DNA of 61,446 nt, filler included, from Squatina squatina (taxonomy: Eukaryota): NCBI GenBank assembly GCA_031763465.1. It is 3 parts of 3 records of this genome, joined end to end, with 100 filler letters (N's around TTAATTAATTAA, not from the genome) between each part and the next. Parts side by side here need not be neighbours in the genome. Positions count along the whole stretch, not along the records: positions 1 to 19,397 come from JARFOE010000080.1; 2 more parts are not named here. One strand, 5' to 3'. Positions 1 to 12,962 of the stretch are shown here, one piece after another. A program made the position numbers and the translations under genes. Position 1 is the first letter of the stretch, and each line of letters begins with the position of its first letter. Below the pieces are notes generated by a model, which did no database searches, was not told the origin of the DNA, and worked only from the letters and a program-made list of their open reading frames with translations.

Positions 1-89
1 TCCAGATTTATTTATTTAACTGAATTCAAATTCACAAACTGGGATTTGAGCTCACTGCCCCAGATTATTAGTCCAGTAATGTAACTGGC

Positions 90-190
90 TACCTTCCCGA
101 TAGGGCCTAGGCAGCTGAAGGCACAGCCGCCAATGGTGGAGCAATTAAAATCAGGGATGTGGTCAGAATTGGAGGAGCGCTGTGGATGAG
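90..190 (-). mobile_element. L2-type LINE 3' ORF2 fragment
   Basis: Minus strand reads ...STIGGCAFSCLGP, the GGRAFS-type C-terminal motif of L2 reverse transcriptases; a similar stretch occurs at about 32000-32086. Confidence 0.6.
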
Positions 191-462
191 ACATTAAACC
201 AAGGTCCCGTCTGCCCTCTCAGGCAGACGTAAAAGATTCCATTGCACTATTCAAAAAGCAAAGGAGGTATCCTGGTGTCCTAGCAAAACCTTTATCCTTC
301 AACCAACACAACCAAAGACAGATTGTCTGGTCATTATCTTATTACTGTTTGTCAAACCTAGCTATGCACAAATTGTTTGCCGCATTTCTATAGTTACAAC
401 AGTCACTTCAGTTCATTGGCTGTGACATGAAAGGCCCCATATTAATGCAAGTTCTTGCTTCC
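186..462 (+). mobile_element. tRNA-derived Deu-domain SINE (SacSINE1-like), 5'-truncated
   Basis: Aligns by eye with the copies at 14594-14993, 46875-47340 and 57132-57523 (ttaaaccaagg..ctgccctctcagg..cagatt..ctggtcattatc..ttcattggctgt..aatgcaagt). Confidence 0.75.
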
Positions 463-983
463 TTTCTGTAAGAAAAACCCACATTATTGCTTCAAAGTAC
501 ACCAAGGAAGGAGAGGCAAAATACTGAGATTATTCAGAACTCAGTTACCCCAGGATGGGAGAGTTAAAGTATTCCGCTTTAATGGGCTGAACAGCCTTTT
601 CATATCCCCAACTTGTCTTATATTCTTCATTGTGATCACCCAGATAGCCCAAATAGAAAGCACAGGTCTGATCATGTCATCTCTTCTCTCCCTCTCTCTT
701 TATCAAGATGAAGCATGCCACTTCCTTCAGCACACGTTCCATGCAGCAACCTTGTTGAATACTAACAAAACTTCCCACATGAACATAGACAAGTTAAATT
801 CTTGTTGATACAAAGATGCAAAATGTGACTGTGTATTCACTCTCAGTTTGCTCCAATTTGTTCTTTGTGTTTTTTTTTTAAAAAACGACCTTCACTCATA
901 ATTATCCAACAATCGAAATACCATCAATCAACACTTTACAAGCCATAAATCCTCTTCATTGTAAGACATGTTTGACGACATAC

Positions 984-1127
984 CTCTTTGACTTCTTTGA
1001 ACACACGTACAAATTCTTCATTAATGGACAAGCTGCGCCGCTCTATATCTCCTCGCAGATTTCTCCTGGTGCGTAAACTATTTTCAGTGAAGAATACTGA
1101 CAAGGCTTTAAGAGCCTCCAGCATATC
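984..1127 (-). CDS. COG6: COG6 (conserved oligomeric Golgi complex subunit 6) coding exon 2
   Basis: 144-nt phase-0 exon with AG/GT ends, encoding [48 protein letters not shown]; continues exon 1 in frame. Confidence 0.95.
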
Positions 1128-2160
1128 CTGTGGATTAAATAGGTACACTTTGAAATTTACAATTTAATAGGAAATGTACTGCATTGAGACTGTACATTTT
1201 AGAAATCTTAAATAACAAGTTGAAGAGTTGATTGCCTTGTCTTTACTGTAACTGCTATGGGGAACTGTATTAAAATGAATATAAAGCAGTGTGATTCTAT
1301 AACCTGAGGTTTCAGACTTGCATTTAAAGCTTGGTATAATGAACCACGAGTAAAATATACAGCAGTTCCCCATTCATAGAATGATTGGTCTGGAAGCTAA
1401 CTACTTCATTAATTTTATAATAACCCAATGATGTAAATTTGGGGTTTTTTTTAGTTAAATTTTAAGGTTCTCATCAACTCTGCATTTAAATAAATAAACC
1501 TGTTTTGCAAAAATCATCGATCACTCAGATTTATATGCTATAGCACATCCCTGTACAAAGCATGGGCATCATGGCATGTCCTGGTGCTTTACAAGAAGCT
1601 CATTTGCAAGAAATTGTGGCACGTCTATAAGAAGCCTGCATGAACGGCTGCGGGAACAAGCTTGTCAAAGCAAGTCCCTTTGAGAAATGAGATCAAGGAA
1701 ATCCTGAGAGAAACCAGAACTGCCATGAATCATTGGCAAATTATTATTTACTGGGAAATTCCAGCAAGAAACTGGAGCCCCTATGAATCACTGTGACAAA
1801 TGAAAGTATCAGAGAATCCATGTATTTTATTGAAAAATAGGCAATAAGGATTTGAAGGCTTTATTGATTGCAGGTTAATTGAATGTTTCTTTTTCTATAA
1901 CAATGTTAAGTCGAAATAAATGCATACCCGCTCCAAACATAACAATCTTGGCACCCCAACATCTCAATGAGTATATACAGTGAGTACATACGGCATACAG
2001 ACAAAGATCGTCCTTGGGTAGGGTCTTTGACTGTTTTTGGTTGGCTGGCTGATATCTGGCAGGTGGTTATGGGTGAACTATACTTGGCTTTACATTGAGC
2101 CGAAACATTGAGTGTTAGNNNNNNNNNNGTTCAACCGACAGGGAGGGGTTAATCATTTAG

Positions 2161-2885
2161 AGGGCCCAAATGATGTGCCATCGTGCCCAGGTAGTGCCGA
2201 TCAGCGCTGCTACCTGGGCGCGAAAGCAGTGTAGATTAAAAAATTATTGGTTTCCCCGATTGGGCCTGGCACCCAGGCGGCGCCAAGGCCTCGTCGCCGG
2301 GGACGCCGTTGGTGCCGTGCTTGGACACGCAACGTCATCAGGTTGTGCGCCAGCCTCTTTACGGNNNNNNNNNNCCTCCCTCTGCGTCACTGGCAAGCCG
2401 CTTCCGGAATTGGAGGGCGGCTCACCCGTGTCGCCCCAGGCGTTGCCAACAGCAGGTTTCACCCGTCGTTGCCAAGGCGCATTAAAGGTGCGGGTCCTGT
2501 AGCGGCCGCTGCCATCTTGTAACATTGGCCGACTTCATTGTCTGGCGTCCGATCGCATTTCTTGTCTGATTGTCCCCTTTGCCAGCATGCTCTCATGCGT
2601 GTCGGCATTGTTTCCCGCTGGATTCCGTTGCTCGCTTCAAGCCCGTGGCCCTTCTCTTTAAGGCAGGGGACAGGGCCACGACTTGCGCTGGCGCAACCCG
2701 GTAGTGACGCAGCATTGGCCAGGTCAGCGCTATGGCAACGCTTGTTTAGCAGTGCCACGTTGCGCTGAACCAGAATGGTGACTAAATCACCAATTCCGGG
2801 TCAGTGACCCTCGCTGCCGGCATGGCACACCCGCAGCTATGGTACTCCGAATTCCGCGGCCGGTTTGGACCCCCTTGGAGTTCCC
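2161..2885. mobile_element. GC/CpG-rich non-autonomous DNA element, probably PIF/Harbinger type, in COG6 intron 1
   Basis: Abrupt CpG-rich block starting gggcccaaat, containing GCCGCTGCCATCTTG; similar in style to the elements at 32190-32710 and 49489-49930; no credible ORF. Confidence 0.5.
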
Positions 2886-3055
2886 GCCACTGATCTCTAT
2901 CAAGTGACCCTTGCTGGAAGCACTCATGTTTGGACAAGATCAGGCTCAAGTATGCTGACCCCAAATTGAATAACCTGCTGACATTCACTGTCAAGCCTCA
3001 CATGTGAGTAATAGCAAGTTGGCTGAGGTACCAGAGAGCAGCAGGTACCTTCAAC
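2886..3055 (+). mobile_element. 3' half of a second tRNA-derived SINE family
   Basis: The motif gatc..tatc.agtgaccc.tgctggaa...aggtaccagag matches the copies at 3780-3900, 16540-16810 (-), 28870-29200 (-) and 47390-47640. Confidence 0.55.
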
Positions 3056-4311
3056 CATACTCAAATCAACATCTGAGAGAGAAAGGGAAGAAAAATTGCA
3101 GAGAAAGTTGTCAAAAAAACATAACAATCTACTTTGTCATTCCAATTCATACATTTTGCATATTTCAGTGCTATATAAACATACATTCCCAAAAACCAAC
3201 ACATTGAGACCCCCAAATAACTTGCATGGTAAATTATACAAGCAGCACTCTGAAACCACACAAATTACGAACCTCGACGCACCAAGCCCTTTTATAATTT
3301 AAAACACAAGACACAGCCTGTTGCAAAGCTGCTGTATCTAAAACTTTCATGGAGTTAGGATCATTGCCGCTTTTTTTCTGCCCCCAAATTCCCGTGAGGG
3401 CAGGGTATGCCAGTCAGCACAAGGCGGCAGCAGGTTTTGTAAAAGAAATGACTTTAGTGGAATGGGGAGTTCTCTACCCTGCATGCATAGCGGCAGAGAA
3501 ACCGCTCTATCTCTGGGATTGAATGCTTGCACAGCTCAATCCCTGGGATAGTGTAGTTTCTCTGCCATTATGGATGCTGGGTAAAGAATCTCCCCGCCCC
3601 CCCTGCCATTCTACTGAAAATGTTTACAGTACATACAATGACCATTTTGAAAATAAGGACACCTGCAAAAAAATGTACAGCTGATGCCAGTCACTAAAGT
3701 GTCTGTAATGTACAGGTTTCACAGTACTTAGCTTGAAGTTTATACCAAGATACAATCAAAGCTCGGGATGATGGTCAGCAGCAATTCTGGCTCGGGAGAG
3801 AAAGAAAATCCGCTAGGGATCCTGTTCATGATCACTATTCAATGATCCCAGCTGGAAAGTGCACCTATGGACTGGATTAGCCTTGGCTGGAATGTCCTCC
3901 NNNNNNNNNNNNNNNNNNNNNNNNNNNNNNNNNNNNNNNNNNNNNNNNNNNNNNNNNNNNNNNNNNNNNNNNNNNNNNNNNNNNNNNNNNNNNNNNNNNN
4001 GTTGGTAGTGGAGAAAAGATGCCAAGGATTATCTTTGCTCACCTGGATGATCATGGAATGGTAAGTAGTTTTGAGGTCTGATAGCACTTGATGTGATCCA
4101 GCCAGATCTAGTGATGGATAGCTATACCATTTGTGCATCAGCTACGCTCAAGTCTGTACCCTTTAACTTGAGGGAGCAATGGGGGAAAGGAACAATTGCC
4201 CCATGAAGCTGTTTATTTCTGATTAAGAGAAATGTTTTAAGTCAAAATTTAAATGTTACCTTTAACAAGTGCAAATGGGCCAGTTTAAAGAGCGTTACAC
4301 ATTATAAACAT

Positions 4312-4980
4312 ATGGACCTGTAATGTGCGATCAGCGGCGAAGCAAAGATGCTTGCCACTTGCAAAGAAAGCTGCCCACAGAGCTCTTGCCTTTCTCGACG
4401 TGCAGTTCATTGTTGTGCTCTGTAATGGGAATTCCCAGCGAAGAGCTGCAGTGACATCAACAAGCTGTCTAAGCAGCCAATCACATTGAGGAATTCTCAC
4501 AGGCAGCAAACCAAGAAATGAAAAGTAGCTTTTATCTGGACTTTTAAAAAATGTTCGAGAGTGTGATATAACAATTGGGACTTTCACATGGGGATATCAT
4601 GCACAAACTTTACAAAAGAAGCATTTTTAAAATTGTAATATTTATCATAATGGAGAGATTTGACACTCTACAAATATAAAACTGGTTTTTCAGGGCCAGA
4701 CCATTTGTTTAGCAGCCAATTTAATGGGGTATTTAACAGCGTTATTAACGTGGAAAAGCCCAAGTTTATCAGTTCCACTGATTTCACTGATGTGGGTTGG
4801 GGAGAGGCGAGGGTGCCACGGCACAGCCACTGTTGGAGAAGTGAATGACTGACCGGAACTTCAGAATTTCTGCAGTGGGATGCGCGTGCGCAAAATCCTG
4901 GAGTTGCGGTCAATTTCGGAGAGGTAATGGCGATGAAGGCTGACAGTTTGCCGTCATTAACACACGCAATAACTGTGCCA
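4312..4980. mobile_element. Non-autonomous DNA transposon (Harbinger-like MITE) with degenerate terminal inverted repeats
   Basis: Left end tggacctgtaatgtgcg and right end cgcaataactgtgcca are imperfect inverted repeats; the interior is non-coding. Confidence 0.45.
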
Positions 4981-5079
4981 TTTAAGCATATGGAGCTGCT
5001 CGCCTCTTTTATTCACCTTGAAATATGCAATCAGATTACATTTTCAAAGTGCTAGAGAAAGATTGTCACTCTTAATCAG

Positions 5080-5311
5080 TAGGGTGACCAGATCTGAAAA
5101 GTCCCAAGCCAGGACTATCAGTCTGCGCATGCGCAGTCAGGTCAACGCCGAGGCTGCGCGTGCACAGTTATGGCTCCATAGTGACTGCACATGCGCAGTC
5201 TAGGCTCTGTCTCTCACGCCTAGAAACTGGGACATTTGAAGGTACGTGTCGGGACACCGGGACATGTCCTGAAAAACTGGGACTGTCCCGGCGAAACCTA
5301 TTAATGCCCTA
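5080..5311. mobile_element. hAT-family MITE with 8-bp target site duplication
   Basis: Ends TAGGGTGACC...CCCTA; exact TSD TTAATCAG at 5072-5079 and 5312-5319; repeated GGGAC/GTCCC subterminal motifs. Confidence 0.85.
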
Positions 5312-5525
5312 TTAATCAGGACATTCTGCAGGTCTCTGCATTGGATGCAATGGTTTTTAATTGCAATGTGCCCAGAGACCTTGCAGCTAATCAGGTGCAC
5401 CAAACGGTGTGAGGTACTTCAAGATGGGAAACATTTTGCAAAATCACAAGAAGCATTATTCCCACGAAACAGATTATTAATATTACAGGTCACAGCTCAG
5501 ACTGACCAGACATAGGCTCGCCCAC

Positions 5526-5657
5526 CTTGTCATTGTCCAGCCGGGTCTCCAGGATTTTATTCAGCTTCCTGGCCAGCGGGTTATTGTTGGTCTGAGTGGC
5601 CCCGCCGACCCCCGGCTCCGGAATCGGACCTGCCACCTCCACTCTGCTTTCAGCCAT
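5526..5657 (-). CDS. COG6: COG6 coding exon 1
   Basis: ATG at 5657; encodes MAESRVEVAGPIPEPGVGGATQTNNNPLARKLNKILETRLDNDK; GT donor at 5525-5524. NPL.RKL.KILETRLDNDK is the COG6 N-terminal signature. Confidence 0.93.
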
Positions 5658-6369
<712 letters not shown>

Positions 6370-7699
6370 TAACAATAAAGTGGGGAAATCATTTCCATAT
6401 ACCGTCTTACCTGCACCTTTGTTAGATGATGTATAGTTTAGTTAACTGCAAACTATCACTCCATAAACTTGCCGTGATTATGTCGCTCCATTCTTCAGTG
6501 AGGATACTCTCCGACAACAGTTTCAGAGAAGCCCTCCTTTATGCTGCAGACTCTCAGCTGGTGCTTTTCATTTGATTTACAATGGCCGTGACCACAAGAT
6601 AATCCTTGCAGAAAGTGCTGGTAACATTCAGCGGGGCAGGCAGCATCTATGCCGTTGGCAGTTATCCTTGCATTCATTAGTATCCTTAATTCTATTCCAT
6701 GAANNNNNNNNNNNNNNNNNNNNNNNNNNNNNNNNNNNNNNNNNNNNNNNNNNNNNNNNNNNNNNNNNNNNNNNNNNNNNNNNNNNNNNNNNNNNNNNNN
6801 NNNNNNNNNNNNNNNNNNNNNNNNNNNNNNNNNNNNNNNNNNNNNNNNNNNNNNNNNNNNNNNNNNNNNNNNNNNNNNNNNNNNNNNNNNNNNNNNNNNN
6901 NNNNNNNNNNNNNNNNNNNNNNNNNNNNNNNNNNNNNNNNNNNNNNNNNNNNNNNNNNNNNNNNNNNNNNNNNNNNNNNNNNNNNNNNNNNNNNNNNNNN
7001 NNNNNNNNNNNNNNNNNNNNNNNNNNNNNNNNNNNNNNNNNNNNNNNNNNNNNNNNNNNNNNNNNNNNNNNNNNNNNNNNNNNNNNNNNNNNNNNNNNNN
7101 NNNNNNNNNNNNNNNNNNNNNNNNNNNNNNNNNNNNNNNNNNNNNNNNNNNNNNNNNNNNNNNNNNNNNNNNNNNNNNNNNNNNNNNNNNNNNNNNNNNN
7201 NNNNNNNNNNNNNNNNNNNNNNNNNNNNNNNNNNNNNNNNNNNNNNNNNNNNNNNNNNNNNNNNNNNNNNNNNNNNNNNNNNNNNNNNNNNNNNNNNNNN
7301 NNNNNNNNNNNNNNNNNNNNNNNNNNNNNNNNNNNNNNNNNNNNNNNNNNNNNNNNNNNNNNNNNNNNNNNNNNNNNNNNNNNNNNNNNNNNNNNNNNNN
7401 NNNNNNNNNNNNNNNNNNNNNNNNNNNNNNNNNNNNNNNNNNNNNNNNNNNNNNNNNNNNNNNNNNNNNNNNNNNNNNNNNNNNNNNNNNNNNNNNNNNN
7501 NNNNNNNNNNNNNNNNNNNNNNNNNNNNNNNNNNNNNNNNNNNNNNNNNNNNNNNNNNNNNNNNNNNNNNNNNNNNNNNNNNNNNNNNNNNNNNNNNNNN
7601 NNNNNNNNAATTCTATTCCATGAATTCTCTCTCCTCATAAAAGTTTGTCCCATTGAACCAGTAATGCTTCGCTTCTGAGAAAAAATGTTGTGGGACCTG

Positions 7700-8152
7700 T
7701 TGTCTACCTCAACTAGGCTGACAGTTCAGTGCAGTACTGAGGGATTGTTGCATTATTGGAGGTGCTGTCTTTCAGATGAGAAAGAAAGAGTTTATATAGC
7801 ACCTTTCACGACCTCAGGACGTCCCAAGGAGCTCTATAGTCAATGACGTACTTTTGTACGTCAATGTAGGGTTGACCAAGGCTCTGGGTACCTGTTCAGG
7901 TGAATGTGAAACAACCACTGGTACTTTTCCAAAAATGAGCAGGTGAGTTCTGGCGCCCTGGTCAACAGTTACCCGCAACCAACATCACTAAAACAGGTTA
8001 ACTGTTCATTTATCTCATTGATGTTTGACTTCACGGTGTCAAATTTGGCTGCCTCGTTTGCCCACAAAAACAACAGCCACTGCATTTCAAATAATATTTC
8101 ATTGCTTTTGAAGCTCTTTGGGATGTCCTGAATACATTTTATGAATGCAAGA
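7700..8152 (+). mobile_element. Deu-domain SINE interrupted by an inverted SINE/L2 tail (7781-7870)
   Basis: SINE body (cagtgcagtactgaggga...cagatgag) resumes at about 7871 after an opposite-strand tail (aaagaaag..tatatagcacctttcacgacctcaggacgtccca). Confidence 0.65.
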
Positions 8153-10189
8153 TTTTAAAAAAATATATTAGGAATATCTTTAATAGAGAGAAAAAAAGAC
8201 CTTCAGCATCCTATCGTTTCAATCACATTTATTAAGGCAGAGAGTAACATTGCTGGAAAGCATTATGGGTTGTAAACTAGTATGGTCAAACTAGAACTGT
8301 AGCTGGTTTTATGGGTGCTGGAAATGGGCCACTGAGGAACAGAGATTGGCCAGGTTGTGAAGAATCCAAACTGGTAATACTGTACTTCGCAAATTGAATT
8401 ATGACAGATATAGAAGCACTCTGATTCCCGAAGAATGGTATAAGCAATCTCCTTGTGCTTTCACTGCATTTGAAAGCAACTGCTGTAATATCTAACTTTC
8501 ATCAAAATTCTATGGCACACAAAAAGAAACACAATTGTGCAAGCGATAATAAAATATACACCTGTTGAAGTTTATGCAACAGTGTTTTAATAAACTGAAA
8601 ACTCCAATGTTGGCACACAAATAGCACAGACATGGTTATATCTGGTTGTGGACAGAATTACATGGATTCAGACTGCTTGAGGTCAGTTAAAACCTATCAC
8701 TGTGGTTATGTATAGTAGATTAGAACTGGCATAAACACATGTAAGATCAAAGCATAGAATTCTGATGTACAATGCCAATTACTCTTATTACGTATGGGTT
8801 TTCTTCTAAGTTTTTTTGTTGGCAAATCTGTCAAGGGTTTGGAAAGATTCAGATGTATATTGACACTGCTGTTGAATGCCTCTTCAAAATGCCAATGAAA
8901 TAGTCTCCTGCAGTGTTAACTGAAGGATATGATAGCTATTGCCACATGGCAGGCTGACCAGATAACGTACAAGTAACCAAGCTACAAGTAAGTTATAATC
9001 AGCATCTCGAGCATTAATAAGATCACCCTGATTTGAAATAGAATTATATTTCTACTGTTACAATATTGCAATGACAAAGTGGCACCACAATGCAACTTAA
9101 ACTGATCTTCTAGAGCTCCAAAAACTGCAAAAATACTGTGGAAATAAAACGATATTTCCCCATAGAAAAATGTAAATCAAATTTACCTGAGTAATATTAC
9201 AGATGATGAGGCAAACAATGAATATCGATAATATTTCTACATTAAAATAAATTAATTGTACCCTCTTTCTGAACCCAGTGAATGAGGGGTGTGAGAACCT
9301 CTGGTATTTCATTTTGAAAGACTCAGTCTGTCACCTATACTTTGGGCAGCATAGGGCTGGTTGTGGTTGATGTGCAGGCATTTCTGTTTCATTCATGCTC
9401 ACTCTCAACATTTGTGCTGGGGGATTAATGACAATGGATGATGCTTATTGTTTATGTTGCCATTTCCGCTGTGGCTACCATAGTGGATTCAGCTGGGCAG
9501 GCATTTGACCTTCATGCTTGATTTTGCATTGGTTTAAATCAGCAACAAAAATTTGTTGTGTTCTTTGAGCTGACTGGTTTGCAACACCACCCGCTCATCC
9601 CAGAATGATTTTTTTTTTACAACCATGATAAATCAGCAACCCTGATAACATGACATTTAACGACATATCTTCTGATTGACCATGTGAATGTCATGAGAGT
9701 TAGATTCATGTAAATGTGCACAGTTAATACAGTGCATGTGTATATTTCTCACCTTTTATATCATACCACTAAGTCATGCTTAATTACTGTCAAATTTAAT
9801 CCAGGCAAGTTTCTTGTTGCTGATTGGCTTATATTCAAATTTCGTCCAAGTATTTTAATTTTAAAAAGGCAGCCATTTGGAATGTACAAAGGAACGCCCC
9901 ACACCCCCATCCATCCTGGCAATAGAAAACACGCATGGAGAAGTGTCAACCCAAAGTGTGACAGACCAATTGGTAACAATGTACCTTTAACTTCTGAAAG
10001 TCCGGAGGGATTTGTGCCCTCCTGTCATCTGACCGACATTACATAAATCGATATATTACTGTACAATACTGGCAACTATCAATAATAGACTCTGTGTTTC
10101 ACAATCCCCAGCCATAGTGCTATTGCATCCTAGCAATGGTAACTCATTGCCCATCATAGCATGGTCACTCTAAGCAGCAAACAATCAAA

Positions 10190-10902
10190 GGATTAAATAG
10201 GATATACGGCACAGAAACAGGCCATTCAGCCCAACCAGTCCATACTGACGTTTATGCTCCACTCGAGCCTCCTCCCGTCTTTCCTCATCTATTATACCCC
10301 TCCATTCCCTTCTCCCTCACATGTTACTCTAGCCTCCCCTTAAATGCACCTATACTGTTCGCTTCAATCAATCCCTGTGGTAGCGAGTTCCACGTTCTCA
10401 CCACTCTTTGGGTAAAGAAGTTTCTTCTGAATTCACGACTGGATTTCTTGGTGACTATCTTATATTGAAGGCCTCTAGTTATGCTCTTCCCCACAAGTGG
10501 AAACATTCTCTCTGCATCCACTCTATCAAAACCTTTCCTAATTTTAAAGACCTCTATTAAATCACCTCTCAGCCTTCTTTTTCCAAGAGAAAAGAGACCC
10601 AGCCTGTTTATCCTTTCCTGATATGTATATCCTCGAATTTCTGGTATCATCCTTGTAAATCCTCTCTGCACTCTCTCCAGTGCCTCTATATGCTTTTTAT
10701 AACATGGTGACCAGAACTGTACTCTTAAGTGTGGTCTAACCAAGGTTCGACATAGATTTAATATAACTTCCCTACTTTTCAATTCTACACCTCTAGAAAT
10801 AAACCCTAGTGCTTGGTTTGCTTTCTTTATGGCCTTGCTAACCTGTGTCACAACTTTTAGTGATTTGTGTATTTGTACTCCGAGATCCCTTTGTTCCTCT
10901 AC
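10190..10902 (-). mobile_element. CR1 LINE 3' end (ORF2 C-terminus and 3' UTR)
   Basis: Encodes LVRPHL..VQFWSP..LERVQR..RRLRGDLIEVFKI..FFTQRVVRTWNSLP, the canonical CR1 ORF2 C-terminus. Confidence 0.92.
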
Positions 10903-12254
10903 NNNNNNNNNNNNNNNNNNNNNNNNNNNNNNNNNNNNNNNNNNNNNNNNNNNNNNNNNNNNNNNNNNNNNNNNNNNNNNNNNNNNNNNNNNNNNNNNNN
11001 NNATTTACAGTGGTTGGAGAGAAAGGAATTGGGTGTGTACTCACATCCACATAACAGTTTATTAACGGGTTGTGGTGATTTTAAAACTGAGCAGTTAGGT
11101 GATGCATTCACACTCCCCCTGTGCATGTAGCCAGGCACTAACAAATGAGCAATTTAATTGTCAATAAAAGTGCAAGTGGGTTAATGAACACACGAGCATT
11201 AACTAGGTGGAACCGTTGGTTTTTTATATATAATTCATCAAAATGTAATAATTTCATTGTCTCTGCCTTTGTTGCATTTTCACTTTGGTGATCTCACAGA
11301 CAAGAGAGCACACTGAAAGAAATACAGGAAAATAAGTGTAGTTCATAAGAAAAAGTGATTTGGGAACACTGCATGATTTAGGAAGAAGATGCAAGTTAGA
11401 ATGGGATGAAATGGCTTTTCATTGCTCTCTGTCAAATAATACTGATAAGACTGAAGCTAAATTTAATATCTTTTCTATACAATGCTGGAATATAAAGTCA
11501 TGAACTAATGCATAATTTATTTCAATAATTTGTTTACAATCACTGTTGCTAAGTATTGCTGTACATTGTGTTATTAGACCACACATCTCATTGATGTGAT
11601 GCTGCTGATCTCATTAGATTAATTTCAAGAAGGCTCCTTTTATAGAAAAATCTACTTACAAAATGCAGTGTGCATGCAGTAATGTAAGTACAGTATTTAT
11701 TTGTGCTATAGGTTTGCAAGTCTTATGAATTTTCAGCAGAAAGTCAACAGCCGAGCCAATAGGAATGCTGCAGAGCCATTGACTTTGATTGGATTTCAGA
11801 GTAAAAACTCCCACTGCTTGACCTCAGACTTATTTGGAGCTGTAAAGCAAGAGATTTGCACTAGGCCGGTGTAAGCGCCTGATCTGAATTTCCTGCTGAC
11901 TTTAGCTGGAAATCGAAATGCCTTGAATGCATTGCGCAGGTAATTTAATACCTTGCAGACCATGAATCGACTCAGGCAGACTTCTGTATAAACCCTGCAG
12001 GGAATATCATATTTAGTTTGTGCCACGCAGCAGGGCTGAAAGTATAAATTGGATTTAAGTCTAGCAGACAGTACAATGGGATGATACAGCAGCCTGTGAG
12101 TTTCTCTTATATATTTATAGCTAATGTTGGAGGCAGTTCAAGACTGTAGCCTTGAGGCACTCTCCCCAATAAAAGGGAGCTGAGGGACTACGCTATAAAA
12201 TGGAGAGAACTCCATCAAGCATATGTTAATAATTTATAAATGATTGCCATATGT

Positions 12255-12962
12255 CTAGCTCAGTCCCTCCCTGTGTTGATTTCCTCCGCACAGCCTCCGC
12301 AGATGCTCCAGTTGTTGCCGCCATGCCCAAAACTGCTCTCTCCTCAGCCAGTGTCTGGTGCTGTAAGTGCAAGGTGCCCCTTTAGTTGGCTGAAGTTTTA
12401 AAGGCTGCTTCAGAACAGTATTTCCTTCATTTCCAGAGGTGGAAATGCCTGCAGTGGAAGGGGCGCAGTCACATGCAGCATCAGGCATTGATGAGGAGGA
12501 TCAAGAAACAGTGCACCTGGGGGAAGATGTGGACCTGATGGTAAAGGGGGGAGGATGAGAAGGAGGGGGAACCCATAGCTGGGCTGAGCACTGCGTCACA
12601 CCTTCCACCATCATTACACACCAGCTCAGATACCTCCATGTTGCATAGTGTAGAGGTTAGGTCCTGTTGTGGGTCAGCACTGGGTGAAGCACTGGGTCCT
12701 AGCGGGGTGCGAGGCCAAAGGAAGCTGATGGGTCAGCTGTCCGGAGGGTCAGTTGATCAATCAGCTCTGCTTCCAATGGCTCGGATGAGGACCTGGGCAG
12801 GGTGTCCGTCAAAGAAAGGGTCTTCCAGGTGCATGAACAGATGACAGTGTCAATGACAAGGGTGCCCGAGAGTCTTGCAGAAATGGTGAGGAGCATGGAG
12901 GAGTCCACCTCCCACATTATGCAGAGCTCCACGCAGACCTTGCAGCCTCTCATTGACAGCAT
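12255..12962 (+). mobile_element. Degraded coding remnant, probably from the Myb/SANT accessory gene of a PIF/Harbinger transposon
   Basis: Acidic low-complexity stretch followed by a coiled-coil-like segment (VHEQMTVSMTRVPESLAEMVRSMEESTSHI), broken by stops and frameshifts; family assignment is an inference. Confidence 0.4.

Noticed and set aside
2170-2768. Overlapping 76-110 aa ORFs in a GC-rich block
   Set aside because: They are a by-product of high GC content in a probable DNA transposon, with no recognisable domain or splice structure.
2924-3127. Possible extra COG6 exon (acceptor followed by DVDLSMVEG...)
   Set aside because: The sequence is an antisense SINE fragment with an in-frame stop, and COG6 exons 1 and 2 already join in frame.
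6572-7678. Long ORFs spanning N runs (also 21595-22368 and many 60-100 aa entries)
   Set aside because: They are open only because N codons are not read as stops.
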